64,000 nt of DNA, taken from IMG/VR virus record IMGVR_UViG_3300046642_000296, positions 13,220 to 77,219 of that record. One strand, 5' to 3'. Origin of the DNA: a virus. A program made the position numbers and the translations under genes. The notes below the pieces were generated by a model. It searched no databases. It saw only the letters and a list, made by a program, of their open reading frames with translations, and was not told the origin of the DNA. This document shows positions 42,301-50,753 of this stretch, in pieces; within the stretch, counting starts at the first letter, position 1, and every line of letters starts with the position of its first letter.

Positions 42301-42578
42301 AGCTCCGAAGCGGAGGCCGCCTGTTCGCTGGCAGCCGCAGCCGTCTGGCTCACCAGTGCCTGGGCTGCCTGGGCGGTTGCCTCATGTTCAGCAGCAACGG
42401 CGACAGCCTCAGCACTCTGCATGTCCGCAACGACGCGATCGACGTTCTTTTCCAGATATTCGATCACCGGCAGCTTGTCGGCCACGGACTTCACAGCGTC
42501 ATAGGCCGTGCCCAGTGCCTTGTCAATCGGTGGCGCTGCGCCACCTTCTTTCATGTCAAGCGTGTTACGCATACCCAT
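39345..42578 (-). CDS. Tail fibre
   Basis: N4-type N-terminal anchor, Ala/Ser-rich shaft, three repeated modules, RNRIINGD C-terminal domain. Confidence 0.9.
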   Translation of the reverse strand: MGMRNTLDMKEGGAAPPIDKALGTAYDAVKSVADKLPVIEYLEKNVDRVVADMQSAEAVAVAAEHEATAQAAQALVSQTAAAASEQAASASELAAAQSEVAAAESAATATTQAQASAASEAAAHLSETNAGASESAAAASEAAALASAQAAAASETNAGHSETAAAASAGSASTDRAAAELAESNAATSETNASASAAAALASQDAAKTSETNSKASETAAGISAAGASSSLAQAQAIVRSMNALYLGSKSADPAVDNNGDALIVGAEYFNTASNQLRVYTSTGWQDQDATAETMAANATASASAAAGSAAAAGASASGASTSETNAAASAAEANDSKVAAAASEANAGGSAVAAQTARTGAETAESNASASSTQAGSYAATAQNWAAQMGGTVDGTSYSAKYYAAQAAASAAAIALPIPVASGGTGSTTAADARTALGAASTGANSYTGNQTVSVANAAVSIDDSGGAASASLYFKNAGVNMWRVNKDASQNFTVVRYAAGSLAEIPLSISTAGVVSLTQRPVFGTATPWDSANFTPGNYLPLAGGTMTGTLSVSYSTPTLTLNDTSAANQARILFQSNGTPLWNLHSGSSSGGLALDRYASGAYADSPLTFSPAGVATLTQRPVFGPNTPWDSGNLNPASYLPLAGGAMTGALSLAYANPALTLNAAAAGQTRWIGYQTNGSQRWYEGVDNSAESGSNAGSNWLLGRYTDAGVLIDQPIVVNRATGVAALSQRPTFAGNTPFDTGNLSSFLSGRNRIINGDCRVAQRASTAYAAGYGGYGGPDRYFCNNTGATGATLTQSQGSLVYNGITIPTVQQTITVAATSLGGTTSISGIQQRVEANDSYDLPGRSVALSFLFKAAIAGTYSVAVAYLNGTSAYTYTSTFDYATAGAVQPVQLAVPAAPAGAAFAASTSIGAIVYIGALQTGTYSTSTLNTWQLAASITYAAYASATNWAATAGNYIAATNIQLESGAITTPFERRSYAEEFARSQRYYQIITDQMVAGYTNAGNQAWADVTYPVPMRVTPAVTIGSITYSNASGYVLNTVTPNKARFNVVVTATGMGFGYGGLLTFNAEL

Positions 42579-42580
42579 AA

Positions 42581-43285
42581 TCAGGTCCACCCGTTGCGTT
42601 GAAAGCGGTTATTGGTCTGGGACTGGCTCGTGCTCACCAGATCCAGTGCGACGGCCTCGCCACAGGTCGCCTTGAACGACTCCAGATGTCCAGCCGAAAT
42701 CGCCTGGGATTCCTGAGTGTTGAGCTGACCAAAAGCCCGGTAGGCGATCCATGCACGTAGCGCCGGCACGAGGACATCGGGCAGGTCGATCTCCTGCGTG
42801 AGGTCTTCCAGCGTGAGCAGCGGATGCTTGGCCTGGTAACCGAGTGAGAGCGCGATGCCATCCTTTGGCCGGGGCACCTGCAAAACCCTGTTCTGCGGCG
42901 TGAACACCGAGTAGTCGTTCGTCTCGTCATTGAGTGGCAGCTCCCGGCCGCAGCTGTCAAAGACACTCAGGATCCGGATCACGTCTTCCTGGAACGGCTC
43001 CTCGACCAGATCCCGGATGTAGAGATGCTGCTGGGTCGAGGTGCCCGCCTGCGACTGGGCGTATTTGAGCAGCAGGTGGTAGCTCGTGATCGACTCCACC
43101 AGATCGATGAGGACATCGTTCTGGCGAAGCACGAAGGTGGAGTGGAGCTTGAGCAACCCGTCGTTGGCGAAGCGGATGATCCGCTCCTTGCCATCGTCCG
43201 TGATGTAGCCTGCCCCCTCGTTGGCAAGGTTCAGGCTCGACAGCTCCCCGAAGGAGAGGTCGCTAAACAGTTGGGTAATGTCCAT
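42581..43285 (-). CDS. Head-tail adaptor (N4 gp67-like)
   Basis: LSFGELS, C-terminal RFQRNGW; synteny with terminase. Confidence 0.8.
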   Translation of the reverse strand: MDITQLFSDLSFGELSSLNLANEGAGYITDDGKERIIRFANDGLLKLHSTFVLRQNDVLIDLVESITSYHLLLKYAQSQAGTSTQQHLYIRDLVEEPFQEDVIRILSVFDSCGRELPLNDETNDYSVFTPQNRVLQVPRPKDGIALSLGYQAKHPLLTLEDLTQEIDLPDVLVPALRAWIAYRAFGQLNTQESQAISAGHLESFKATCGEAVALDLVSTSQSQTNNRFQRNGWT

Positions 43286-43292
43286 CTCGATC

Positions 43293-44882
43293 TCACACGA
43301 TATATGCCGCAAGCCCGCTTGGTTCGCTGTGCTGTTCGTCTTCCTCGTAGATCGACACCTCGTGAGGCGTGACCGGCATCGAATCCGACGGACGGAACGG
43401 CTTCAGATAGCCAAGCATCGACACGGTGTCGATGAAGTCGTCTTTGCCTTTGATGCCGCTGGAAGTGACCAGCTTGAGCTGGCCCATTGCGATACCGAGC
43501 GTCTTCGACAGCTTCATCTCTTCCGGGAAGTAGAACTTGCCGGCCTTGAACCAAGGAACAACCAGATTGAAGCGGGAGAGCTTGTCGGTGATTGGGCGTA
43601 TGCCAGGGGTTCCACTCTTCTCCGAGGAAGCGAAGTTGAACCAGATGTTGCGGTTCATCATCTCTGCCTGGAGCCAGGAAATGAAAGCGCCCTGCTGTCC
43701 CGTGATCTCGATGCCTACCTGCTGCGGTTTGTACAGCTGTACCAGCCTGAACAGGTCGTCGACTGTCTTGTCCATCTTCTGGCGTTCGATGATCCCATCG
43801 ACCCAGAGCCAGTCGCCGTTGGAATTGTACGCCCAGACACTGATGACTGAATAGTCGGCTGTCTGTTTTTCTGAGGTGGCGAAGTCGGTCGTGATGTAGA
43901 AGTTGAAACTGTTCCTGTTCTCCAGCAGATTGCGCCGGTTGTACCAGCGGATCTCCGCGTCCTGAACGAGGCGTTCCTCTTCCGAACTGATGCGCAGCAT
44001 CAGTTCCTGCATGAAGGCCGCGAGCTTGCCGGTTTTCACCGCCATCTCGTATTGGTCCCTCACGTACTCGTAGGTGAAGCGATCCTCCCATGCGCCGCAG
44101 AATTCTTCCTTCTCACAGGGAAAACGCTCGCACACCGGCCACACGTTCACGTCCCAGGCGCCCGACTCGACCGCTTCAATCAGGATGTCGTCCTTGTTGA
44201 ACGGTGTGCCGTTGAAGATCACCTTGCGACGTGTCGGATCCAGGGCGTGGTTCACGCCCTTGTACACCGTGTCCTTGATCGCCTCCATGGCGGCCTTGGA
44301 CTTCGAGTCATCATCCGAGATCAGGTCATCGAGCACGGCAACGACCGGCCGCTTGCCGAAGATCTTCGTGCCGCGCAGACCCGTCTTCGCACCGAACATC
44401 TTGATGCCGATGCGGTGCCCTTCCCGGTTCTGGAACTCGATGTAGTTGTCCGTGAAGGTGGCGTGCGGAATCCACTCCTTCAGGAACTCACTGTTGTTGT
44501 ACCGGAACTCAATGTTCTTTCGGGCAGACTTAACGCCGTTGTCCATCGAGTCAGACACATAGATCATCCCCTCAACCTTACCGAAGCCTGGGATATATCC
44601 AAACATGCCGAGGAACAGTGAGAAATACTCCATGAACAGAGTAGTTTTCGCTGCACCCCGGAAACAGAGGTTCGCAATATAGTCAGACTTCGATTCAACC
44701 ACCTTGTCGAGCATCTTCAGATGCACTGGTGGGGTTTTGTGAGATTCGCCCTGTTCGCCGTTCGCCAACTTGATGAAGTTCATGAACGTCAGGGCAAACA
44801 CACTCGGGGCATAACTGGGCGAGTTCAGCTCCTTATAACTGACCTGATCAAGCCAGTTATCGAGCTCCTGTTTAATGAGCAT
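43293..44882 (-). CDS. Terminase large subunit (N4 gp68-like)
   Basis: CFRGAAKTT, VLDDL, TTDFATS, KDDFIDT. Confidence 0.95.
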   Translation of the reverse strand: MLIKQELDNWLDQVSYKELNSPSYAPSVFALTFMNFIKLANGEQGESHKTPPVHLKMLDKVVESKSDYIANLCFRGAAKTTLFMEYFSLFLGMFGYIPGFGKVEGMIYVSDSMDNGVKSARKNIEFRYNNSEFLKEWIPHATFTDNYIEFQNREGHRIGIKMFGAKTGLRGTKIFGKRPVVAVLDDLISDDDSKSKAAMEAIKDTVYKGVNHALDPTRRKVIFNGTPFNKDDILIEAVESGAWDVNVWPVCERFPCEKEEFCGAWEDRFTYEYVRDQYEMAVKTGKLAAFMQELMLRISSEEERLVQDAEIRWYNRRNLLENRNSFNFYITTDFATSEKQTADYSVISVWAYNSNGDWLWVDGIIERQKMDKTVDDLFRLVQLYKPQQVGIEITGQQGAFISWLQAEMMNRNIWFNFASSEKSGTPGIRPITDKLSRFNLVVPWFKAGKFYFPEEMKLSKTLGIAMGQLKLVTSSGIKGKDDFIDTVSMLGYLKPFRPSDSMPVTPHEVSIYEEDEQHSEPSGLAAYIV

Positions 44883-45562
44883 CAGATCTCTTTTGCCTCC
44901 ACATCAATGATTCGTTGGCCAGCAATCTCCCTGGCTGTAACGCCACCCGCGATGAGTTGCTGCTGCTGTTCGGCGAGCTTGCGCATCATCTCCTTCATCT
45001 CCGTCATGCCACTGGATTCCTTGACATCGATGTTGATGAGCGGGCCGGCTTCCTTCGGCTTGGTCAGGTGGGTAAGCAGGGAGTTGGCTGCATCCGATCG
45101 CACCTTTGGCGACACATCTGGATCGCTCATCAGCACAACCTGGACGTTGATTGCCCGCTGGTAGATGTCCTGGTTAAGCACCCAGCTCGGCACCAGCGAC
45201 TGCTCCAGAATCAGGTTGACCAGCTTGCCCTTGGCATAGGCCGACACGTACGCGCTGATGTCCTTCTCGCTGGTTCCCTTGGCCATGAGCGTCTGGTAGC
45301 GACCGGGGAACGTCTTGAAGTAGGCGTCCTTGTTCGAGTCGCCCATCAGCTTGTAGGAGACGAAGGCCACGGCATGCACGTAGTCCTCGGTCTTGAACTT
45401 GCCGTCCTTGAGCACGCCGGTGTAGCTGATGAAGTTGTTGCGCACCTGCTCGGCGATGAGCGGATCGGCGGCGATGTTATTCACCAGATCCACCAGCTGC
45501 GGCGTGATGGCGTTCTTCAGGTTGGCGGGTACCGCCCGCTCAACGATTTCCTTGGTCAGCAT
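44882..45562 (-). CDS. N4 gp69-like protein (putative terminase small subunit)
   Basis: Start MLTKEIV at 45562; KVRSDAANSLLTHL; coupled to TerL. Confidence 0.85.
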   Translation of the reverse strand: MLTKEIVERAVPANLKNAITPQLVDLVNNIAADPLIAEQVRNNFISYTGVLKDGKFKTEDYVHAVAFVSYKLMGDSNKDAYFKTFPGRYQTLMAKGTSEKDISAYVSAYAKGKLVNLILEQSLVPSWVLNQDIYQRAINVQVVLMSDPDVSPKVRSDAANSLLTHLTKPKEAGPLINIDVKESSGMTEMKEMMRKLAEQQQQLIAGGVTAREIAGQRIIDVEAKEI

Positions 45563-45666
45563 CAGTGAATGCCTCCCTTGCCCAGGTAGTCGATCGACCA
45601 GACAAGCCATCCGGCAAACGCCACGAGACAGGCAAGCAGGCCCACCCCAAATACAGTCCAGAACAT
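45562..45666 (-). CDS. 34-aa single-pass membrane peptide (not in ORF track)
   Basis: MFWTVFGVGLLACLVAFAGWLVWSIDYLGKGGIH; TGATG-coupled to gp69-like gene. Confidence 0.5.
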   Translation of the reverse strand: MFWTVFGVGLLACLVAFAGWLVWSIDYLGKGGIH

Positions 45667-45731
45667 CTGATACCCCGTTAACTGAGAAGGGCAGCGCGCT
45701 GGCTGCCCTGGATTGATTGCTGTGTGCCGGG

Positions 45732-46511
45732 TTACTCGGCGGCTGGCCCGCCAATACGGCAGCGAAGGATGTACAGGTAGTCCTCCATCGCACTCGCCTG
45801 CTTCACGAGCAGCCGGCGCTCGCGATCCGGCAGTGCTTCGAACGTCGGCGTCTTGCGGAAGATCTGCAGCTTCTCGAACTTCTCGCCAAGCTCCTGCTCC
45901 TCGAGCTTCAGCCGGTCCAGATAGGTGGTCTGACGGGGTTCAACACCGACCGTGTAGGCGTTCTCGAATACACCCTTGGGCGACCAGGAGATGTAGCCGG
46001 CAAAGCCTTCAACGTTCGGAGCACCGCCGTCCGTATACTCGACGAGGTAACCCTGTGTTTCCGGATCCTCATTGACCGGGATCTCCCAGCCGCGCACTGC
46101 GTTGTAGGCACCCAGGTTCATCGGCACGGCCCGCACAACCTTTGTGCCGACATACGTCAGCGGCCGGGAGCCAAGGAGGGAAACAATCGCGCCAGTCGCC
46201 GGGCCTGCCTTGTCGATCAGTGCCAGCTTGCGGGCCAGCTCGAAACCGAGCAGCGGCCAGATCTGACCGACCGCGTCCTTCTTCGCAAACTCGCGGCCGA
46301 TCTCCGGCTTGAAGTTTTCCTTGCTCACGCAGCTCGCCTTGCCCACAGCACTGAAGCGGCCATTGGCCATCGACAGCTGGGCAATCGTCGTGGTGCCGTC
46401 GGGCAGCAGCGTGTAGCTCTCCCCTTCGATCGTGGCCATCACCTGCTCAAGCGTCACCCGCGGGGCGACGGCAGCAGCGGCCAGTTGTGCTTCAGTAATC
46501 GGTGCGTTCAT
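45732..46511 (-). CDS. Three-domain anti-defence-like fusion (Gp49/Sf6-gp66 domain, middle domain, crAss001_48-like helical domain)
   Basis: APRVT...SCVSKENFKPEIG...IWPLLGF; YVGTK...GYLVEY...SWSPKGVFENAY; DRLKLEEQEL...QASAMEDYLYILRCRI. Confidence 0.8.
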   Translation of the reverse strand: MNAPITEAQLAAAAVAPRVTLEQVMATIEGESYTLLPDGTTTIAQLSMANGRFSAVGKASCVSKENFKPEIGREFAKKDAVGQIWPLLGFELARKLALIDKAGPATGAIVSLLGSRPLTYVGTKVVRAVPMNLGAYNAVRGWEIPVNEDPETQGYLVEYTDGGAPNVEGFAGYISWSPKGVFENAYTVGVEPRQTTYLDRLKLEEQELGEKFEKLQIFRKTPTFEALPDRERRLLVKQASAMEDYLYILRCRIGGPAAE

Positions 46512-46648
46512 GGTTGTCCTTCATCTGTTGGATAGTCCACATATAGACTCAATATAGTTTAGGGTCCATTTAGAGATCCGTCTATAGATATATGTTTGGG
46601 GTTACAATGTGGCCAGTTAACAACAGACAACAACCGGGGGTTTGCCAT

Positions 46649-46837
46649 ATGAACTGGTATCAGAAGACAACAACCGCGCAGAAAATCTTCCTCTTTGCCC
46701 TGGCGATTCTTGCCATGGTCATTGGCGGGGCTGGGGGCTTCTCGGCAGAGCTCGAGATCGGTGGCCTGGTGGTCCTGCTTGTGCTGGTCTTCCTGCAGCT
46801 CGGCACGCTGAAGAAGAAGAAGCCCACCACCCTTTAA
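46649..46837 (+). CDS. Small two-TM membrane protein
   Basis: 62 aa, two hydrophobic segments, KKKK tail. Confidence 0.65.
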   Translation: MNWYQKTTTAQKIFLFALAILAMVIGGAGGFSAELEIGGLVVLLVLVFLQLGTLKKKKPTTL

Positions 46838-47155
46838 TTTCCGGCAGGGCCGGCAGCTCGACACTCTATTTCTGTATGGGAATGGGAGGGCTTCCCCTAT
46901 GGTTGCTTCGCAACAGGAGGGAGGAAGCAGAACTATTCACTTCAAAAGAAGGCTGTGTTAACCTGGCCTGGCATCGGGTTTTTGCCAGCTTTTCCCCGAT
47001 GTGGTTGAAGGGTTGACCGCGGACCTTTGCCTTCTCACCCCAGCAGAGAGTGGGGCTAATAACTTCTGCAGCTGAGGCCGTCGACCTCCTTCCCAGTTCC
47101 GGCTGGGCCTAGACGGTGACTCAACCCGGTGCCTGTATCGGTCAAGCAGGGAGCA

Positions 47156-47195
47156 GCCGAGAACATCTGACCCGCAGTGTTCTCGGCTTCTTTTT
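47156..47195 (+). terminator. Intrinsic terminator
   Basis: GCCGAGAACA...TGTTCTCGGC-TTCTTTTT. Confidence 0.75.
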
Positions 47196-47548
47196 ACCCG
47201 AGACCTCAAAGTTATCTCTAGTCGGCCCGATTTATCCTGCAGACAATCCCGCAGTCTTCCTTCCCTGGTTCAAAGAATCATGGTGCTCAGACGGTTAGTT
47301 GCTTATTCAGACTGACATGAGCCAGGGAAAAGAGATCGGAGCGGTTCACACACCGCCCTGCCCTACCCCAAACTTATCCCTCGTATAGAGAAAAATTCTC
47401 GCCAAATTTTTTGGCCGAGGGTTCGGGCATTTTTCATAGTTACTTCCCATTGCAGTATTGGGGCTCTCCGAGCCCCTGTACACAGTACACCCCCCCGGTA
47501 TGTCCAATCCCTGTGGCATAGGGTACCCACCCTGTACACATCTACACC

Positions 47549-47568
47549 GGCGCTCCGCGCCTTATGGA
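47549..47568 (+). promoter_or_regulatory. vRNAP hairpin early promoter
   Basis: GGCGC-TCC-GCGCC-TTATGGA; G at +1 lies 11 nt from loop centre as in N4. Confidence 0.85.
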
Positions 47569-47613
47569 TGATCACTCATGATCGTCATCTCTTAACTTAC
47601 TTGGAGTCTGACC

Positions 47614-47955
47614 ATGGCAAACCTTCGTGTAACGCTTGGTGCAGTGTTCGGTGCAGTCACTGGTGCTGCTGATGCTGTCACCAATTCGTTGGGCGCAGCC
47701 AACATGGCAGTTGGCATGCTCAACCGTTCGGTCAATGACGCTGCACAGCGTCAGGTTGTCCGTTCGAACTACGACAACAAAGTCTTCGCTGCGACTGTGA
47801 AGCAGGAAAAGGCTAAGGAGTTGACGATGAGTCGACTCGAAATCAAGCAGTTCATTGCTCAGTCGGAGGATCACGCTGATCTATACGCGGCAGCCTTCGA
47901 CGAACTCGATGCTGCTCCTGTATCTGCTGCATATCCGTCTGTTCGTGCTGCCTGA
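47614..47955 (+). CDS. First early protein (N4 gp1 position)
   Basis: GGAG RBS; first ORF after vRNAP promoter. Confidence 0.75.
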   Translation: MANLRVTLGAVFGAVTGAADAVTNSLGAANMAVGMLNRSVNDAAQRQVVRSNYDNKVFAATVKQEKAKELTMSRLEIKQFIAQSEDHADLYAAAFDELDAAPVSAAYPSVRAA

Positions 47956-47978
47956 TCGTATCTAAGCGCAGCCTAAAC

Positions 47979-48000
47979 GCTGGCCACTTCGGTGGTCAGC
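47979..48000 (+). terminator. UUCG-loop hairpin (candidate terminator)
   Basis: GCTGGCCAC-TTCG-GTGGTCAGC; no U-tract. Confidence 0.45.
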
Positions 48001-48143
48001 AACACACATCGTAGATAGACATCCGTCTCACTCACACAGGACAGATTGGCAAGCTGGATTGAGTTGAACTCATGTTCACCACAGTCTGCTTGTCCATCTG
48101 TCTTTTTTACATCAATCATTAGACATATCTTTGAGGTATACAC

Positions 48144-48467
48144 ATGGCACTCGCACAACTGAAAGTTGTTGAACCCGTCAGCCTGCTGGTAGAGGTTCAG
48201 CACCATGTTGAAAAGCTGCTCGAAACCCTGCGTGAGGCATTGCTTGAGGCACGTGATGCTACGGACGTGGCCTGGCTACGTGCTCGCTCCATCCGTGTAC
48301 TGAACGCCATCTACGCGGACATTCCGGTGCTGCGTGATGAGTTCGTGCTGACTAAGCTCAATGCGCTGGAAGCCATTGAGCGTGAATCCATTGTCGGTTA
48401 CGCACAGGCTGTCAGCCGCTCCAACAAATGGCGCAAAGCCTTGTGCAGCCGGTACTTCGGATCATGA
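48144..48467 (+). CDS. Early hypothetical protein
   Basis: GAGG RBS, 107 aa. Confidence 0.7.
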   Translation: MALAQLKVVEPVSLLVEVQHHVEKLLETLREALLEARDATDVAWLRARSIRVLNAIYADIPVLRDEFVLTKLNALEAIERESIVGYAQAVSRSNKWRKALCSRYFGS

Positions 48468-48540
48468 GCATCGAAGAACTTCTGGACCAGCTTGAGCGGT
48501 TGATCAAACGCCAGGCTGGCTAACCATGCCTCACTGAATC

Positions 48541-48560
48541 AGCGGCTCCGCCGCTTTTGG
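48541..48560 (+). promoter_or_regulatory. vRNAP hairpin early promoter
   Basis: AGCGGC-TCC-GCCGCT-TTTGG upstream of gp2. Confidence 0.85.
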
Positions 48561-48632
48561 TTGGGTGCTGACCTACGAGCACCATTCTCTACTTCTCTCC
48601 CAGTAATTAGACATATCTCTAAGGAAACTATC

Positions 48633-49031
48633 ATGGCAATCGATTTCGCAACCACGTTCGGCAGCAAGGGTGGCAGCAAGGCAGCGGCCAACGAAGCACC
48701 GCAGAAGGCCAAGTTCTGGCTGAACATCGGCTACGAAGCTGAAGATGCAGGCGCCGACGGCGGTCCGGCATTCGTCAGCCTGCCGATCGGCATTCCGCTG
48801 GACACGCAGGAAAAGCTCAAGACGAACTCCAGCAACAAGGAATTCGCGCAGTTGCAGGCAGCCCGCAACGACCTGCTCGAGCAGTTGATCGCCCATGCGA
48901 AGCAGGAACTGAAGCCGGGCGAGGACATGATCATCGGCTTGCAGATCCAGTTGCGCTGCGTGCGTGAAGAACAGGAAGTCAGCGTCGGCGCGGACAACAA
49001 GTTCGCTCGCAAGATCGCTTTTGCGGCGTAA
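48633..49031 (+). CDS. RNAP II coactivator, ssDNA-binding (N4 gp2/Drc-like)
   Basis: KAKFWLNIGY...FVSLPIGIPLD...RNDLLEQL. Confidence 0.9.
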   Translation: MAIDFATTFGSKGGSKAAANEAPQKAKFWLNIGYEAEDAGADGGPAFVSLPIGIPLDTQEKLKTNSSNKEFAQLQAARNDLLEQLIAHAKQELKPGEDMIIGLQIQLRCVREEQEVSVGADNKFARKIAFAA

Positions 49032-49172
49032 ACCCCACACGCGATATAACTTTGAGGAACCAGGCTACAATGCCTGCGTTCCTCAAATTTACTTCTAATG
49101 GATAGGCCACCAACCTAAATCCTAAGTTGGATAGCCACGTCCATTTTGACTAAGACAGCCTAAACACAAAAC

Positions 49173-49712
49173 GTGATCCAGAAACCACTCAAATATGCAG
49201 GCATTGGTCCTCGCCGGACTCCACTGGATGTCTGCGAACAGATAGTCAGTGTGAGCCGCCAGCTTTGTGAACAGGGATGGGTTGTGCGCTCTGGCCATGC
49301 CCAGGGAGCCGACCAGGCATGGGCCGTTGGCCACACTCCGGACAAGCGCGAGATCTACCTGCCATGGGCACGGTTCAACCTGCCTGGTGGCTTGCCGCAA
49401 GGATTCGCTGTCAGTCCAGTAACACCACAGCTTGAAGCTGTTGCACGCATCGCCCATCCAGCCTGGGACAGGCTAAACCAGGGCGGTCAGAAGCTCATGA
49501 TGCGCAACGTCTCGATCATCCTCGGCCACGAGCTCGATGATCCCGTGCAGTTTGTCGCCTACTGGTCCGAGCAGCGCAAGGTCCAGGGCGGCACAGGCAA
49601 CGCCGTCAATCTCGCATCACTCAATGGCATCCCGAGTTTCAACATCGCGTTCGAAGACGACCAGCTGGCCATGTCGGACTTCGTCGACTCGTTGCCACAG
49701 GGAGCTGCCTAG
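49173..49712 (+). CDS. SLOG/DprA-like Rossmann-fold protein
   Basis: YAGIGPRRTP, RSGHAQGAD, GGTG. Confidence 0.75.
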   Translation: MIQKPLKYAGIGPRRTPLDVCEQIVSVSRQLCEQGWVVRSGHAQGADQAWAVGHTPDKREIYLPWARFNLPGGLPQGFAVSPVTPQLEAVARIAHPAWDRLNQGGQKLMMRNVSIILGHELDDPVQFVAYWSEQRKVQGGTGNAVNLASLNGIPSFNIAFEDDQLAMSDFVDSLPQGAA

Positions 49713-49733
49713 CAATAACAGACAGGAGCAGTC

Positions 49734-50063
49734 ATGTCCAACCCGAACCCGAAGACAGTGCTGACCGTACTGCGTATGACCGAAGCACAGATGAGAACGG
49801 TGGATCCCATCGCCCTGTATCAGGCCTTTTACGCATTACCGACCCACTATCCGCTTGCCATGTGTGATCTGAACACGGGCAAAGGGTTCGAGAGACTGAA
49901 TAGCGCTGAGCGTGAAATTGCAGAACGCATCGTCCGTGTGATCCAGCAACGCTGCCCGATGCCGAAGGTCGAGCGCTGGAAGAAGTTCGAGGCACCGGCC
50001 GCCAATGACCCGGTGATTCCTGAATTACGCATTACCCACCATGGGGAGCCTGAAGAGGCGTAA
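49734..50063 (+). CDS. Hypothetical protein
   Basis: AGGAG RBS. Confidence 0.65.
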   Translation: MSNPNPKTVLTVLRMTEAQMRTVDPIALYQAFYALPTHYPLAMCDLNTGKGFERLNSAEREIAERIVRVIQQRCPMPKVERWKKFEAPAANDPVIPELRITHHGEPEEA

Positions 50064-50097
50064 CCCCGTTTATCCACTGCTGAAAAGGAGTTTCACC

Positions 50098-50382
50098 ATG
50101 AAGAAGATCGCATTTCTCATCACTCTCGTTACCGCTTCGGCCGCTCACGCCAATGGCGCCAGTGGTAACGGCACTGCGGGCTCGGGCGCACCGGGCACGG
50201 GCAACGCAGGCGCAGGTGTCGCTGTGCTCGGCTATGTCGATAACTGGCAGACCATGAACCCGGTGCAGCGCGAGAGCATCGTTGCAGCACAACCGACGCA
50301 GAAGTCCGTGCCTAGCGCGAAGGCTGAGTGGCCGTCATGGGTGAAGCTGAGCCCGCAGAGCAACCAGCTGGCCGGCAAGTAA
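50098..50382 (+). CDS. Secreted protein with signal peptide
   Basis: MKKIAFLITLVTASAAHA; AAGGAG RBS. Confidence 0.7.
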   Translation: MKKIAFLITLVTASAAHANGASGNGTAGSGAPGTGNAGAGVAVLGYVDNWQTMNPVQRESIVAAQPTQKSVPSAKAEWPSWVKLSPQSNQLAGK

Positions 50383-50416
50383 GGAAACCGCCAACCAAGT
50401 TTCAAAGGACAGAAGG

Positions 50417-50737
50417 ATGGCTACCGAAAAGAAAGTGGCATTCATTGCCCACGCACGCATCACACACATCGCTGATGCCGATCCGAGCAAGCGCGAGGGT
50501 GAGGAATATTTCATCCTGCGCGCCATGATGATTGTCGATCGTCCTCAGCGTGATGGCCGGGTATTCAGCGTTGGCGATGAGGTCACCACCTCTCGCCTGC
50601 TACGCATCGACATCGAGAAGAACGAGTTCGAAACCAAGAACACGATCTATAAGATCATCCCGTCGCATCTGATCGAGGTCTATCGAATGACTGACCCGAA
50701 CAGCACGCCTAAGAACCCGAAGGTCAACTGGATCTGA
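50417..50737 (+). CDS. Hypothetical protein
   Basis: ORF in early operon. Confidence 0.7.
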   Translation: MATEKKVAFIAHARITHIADADPSKREGEEYFILRAMMIVDRPQRDGRVFSVGDEVTTSRLLRIDIEKNEFETKNTIYKIIPSHLIEVYRMTDPNSTPKNPKVNWI

Positions 50738-50753
50738 ACCAGGGGAAAGGGCA

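Noticed and set aside
41400-42420. Ala/Ser-rich repeats as a diversity-generating or invertible element
   Set aside because: Ordinary low-complexity fibre shaft. No reverse transcriptase or invertase in the window.
45563-45793. Extended start for the gp69-like gene
   Set aside because: Overlaps two other ORFs. MLTKEIV at 45562 has a GGAGG RBS.
46840-47540. tRNA genes near the genome end
   Set aside because: No cloverleaf with a GTTC(G/A)A T-loop found by eye on either strand. tRNAscan-SE would settle it.
50070-50078. Second DnaA box TTATCCACT
   Set aside because: One mismatch, isolated, no iterons nearby.
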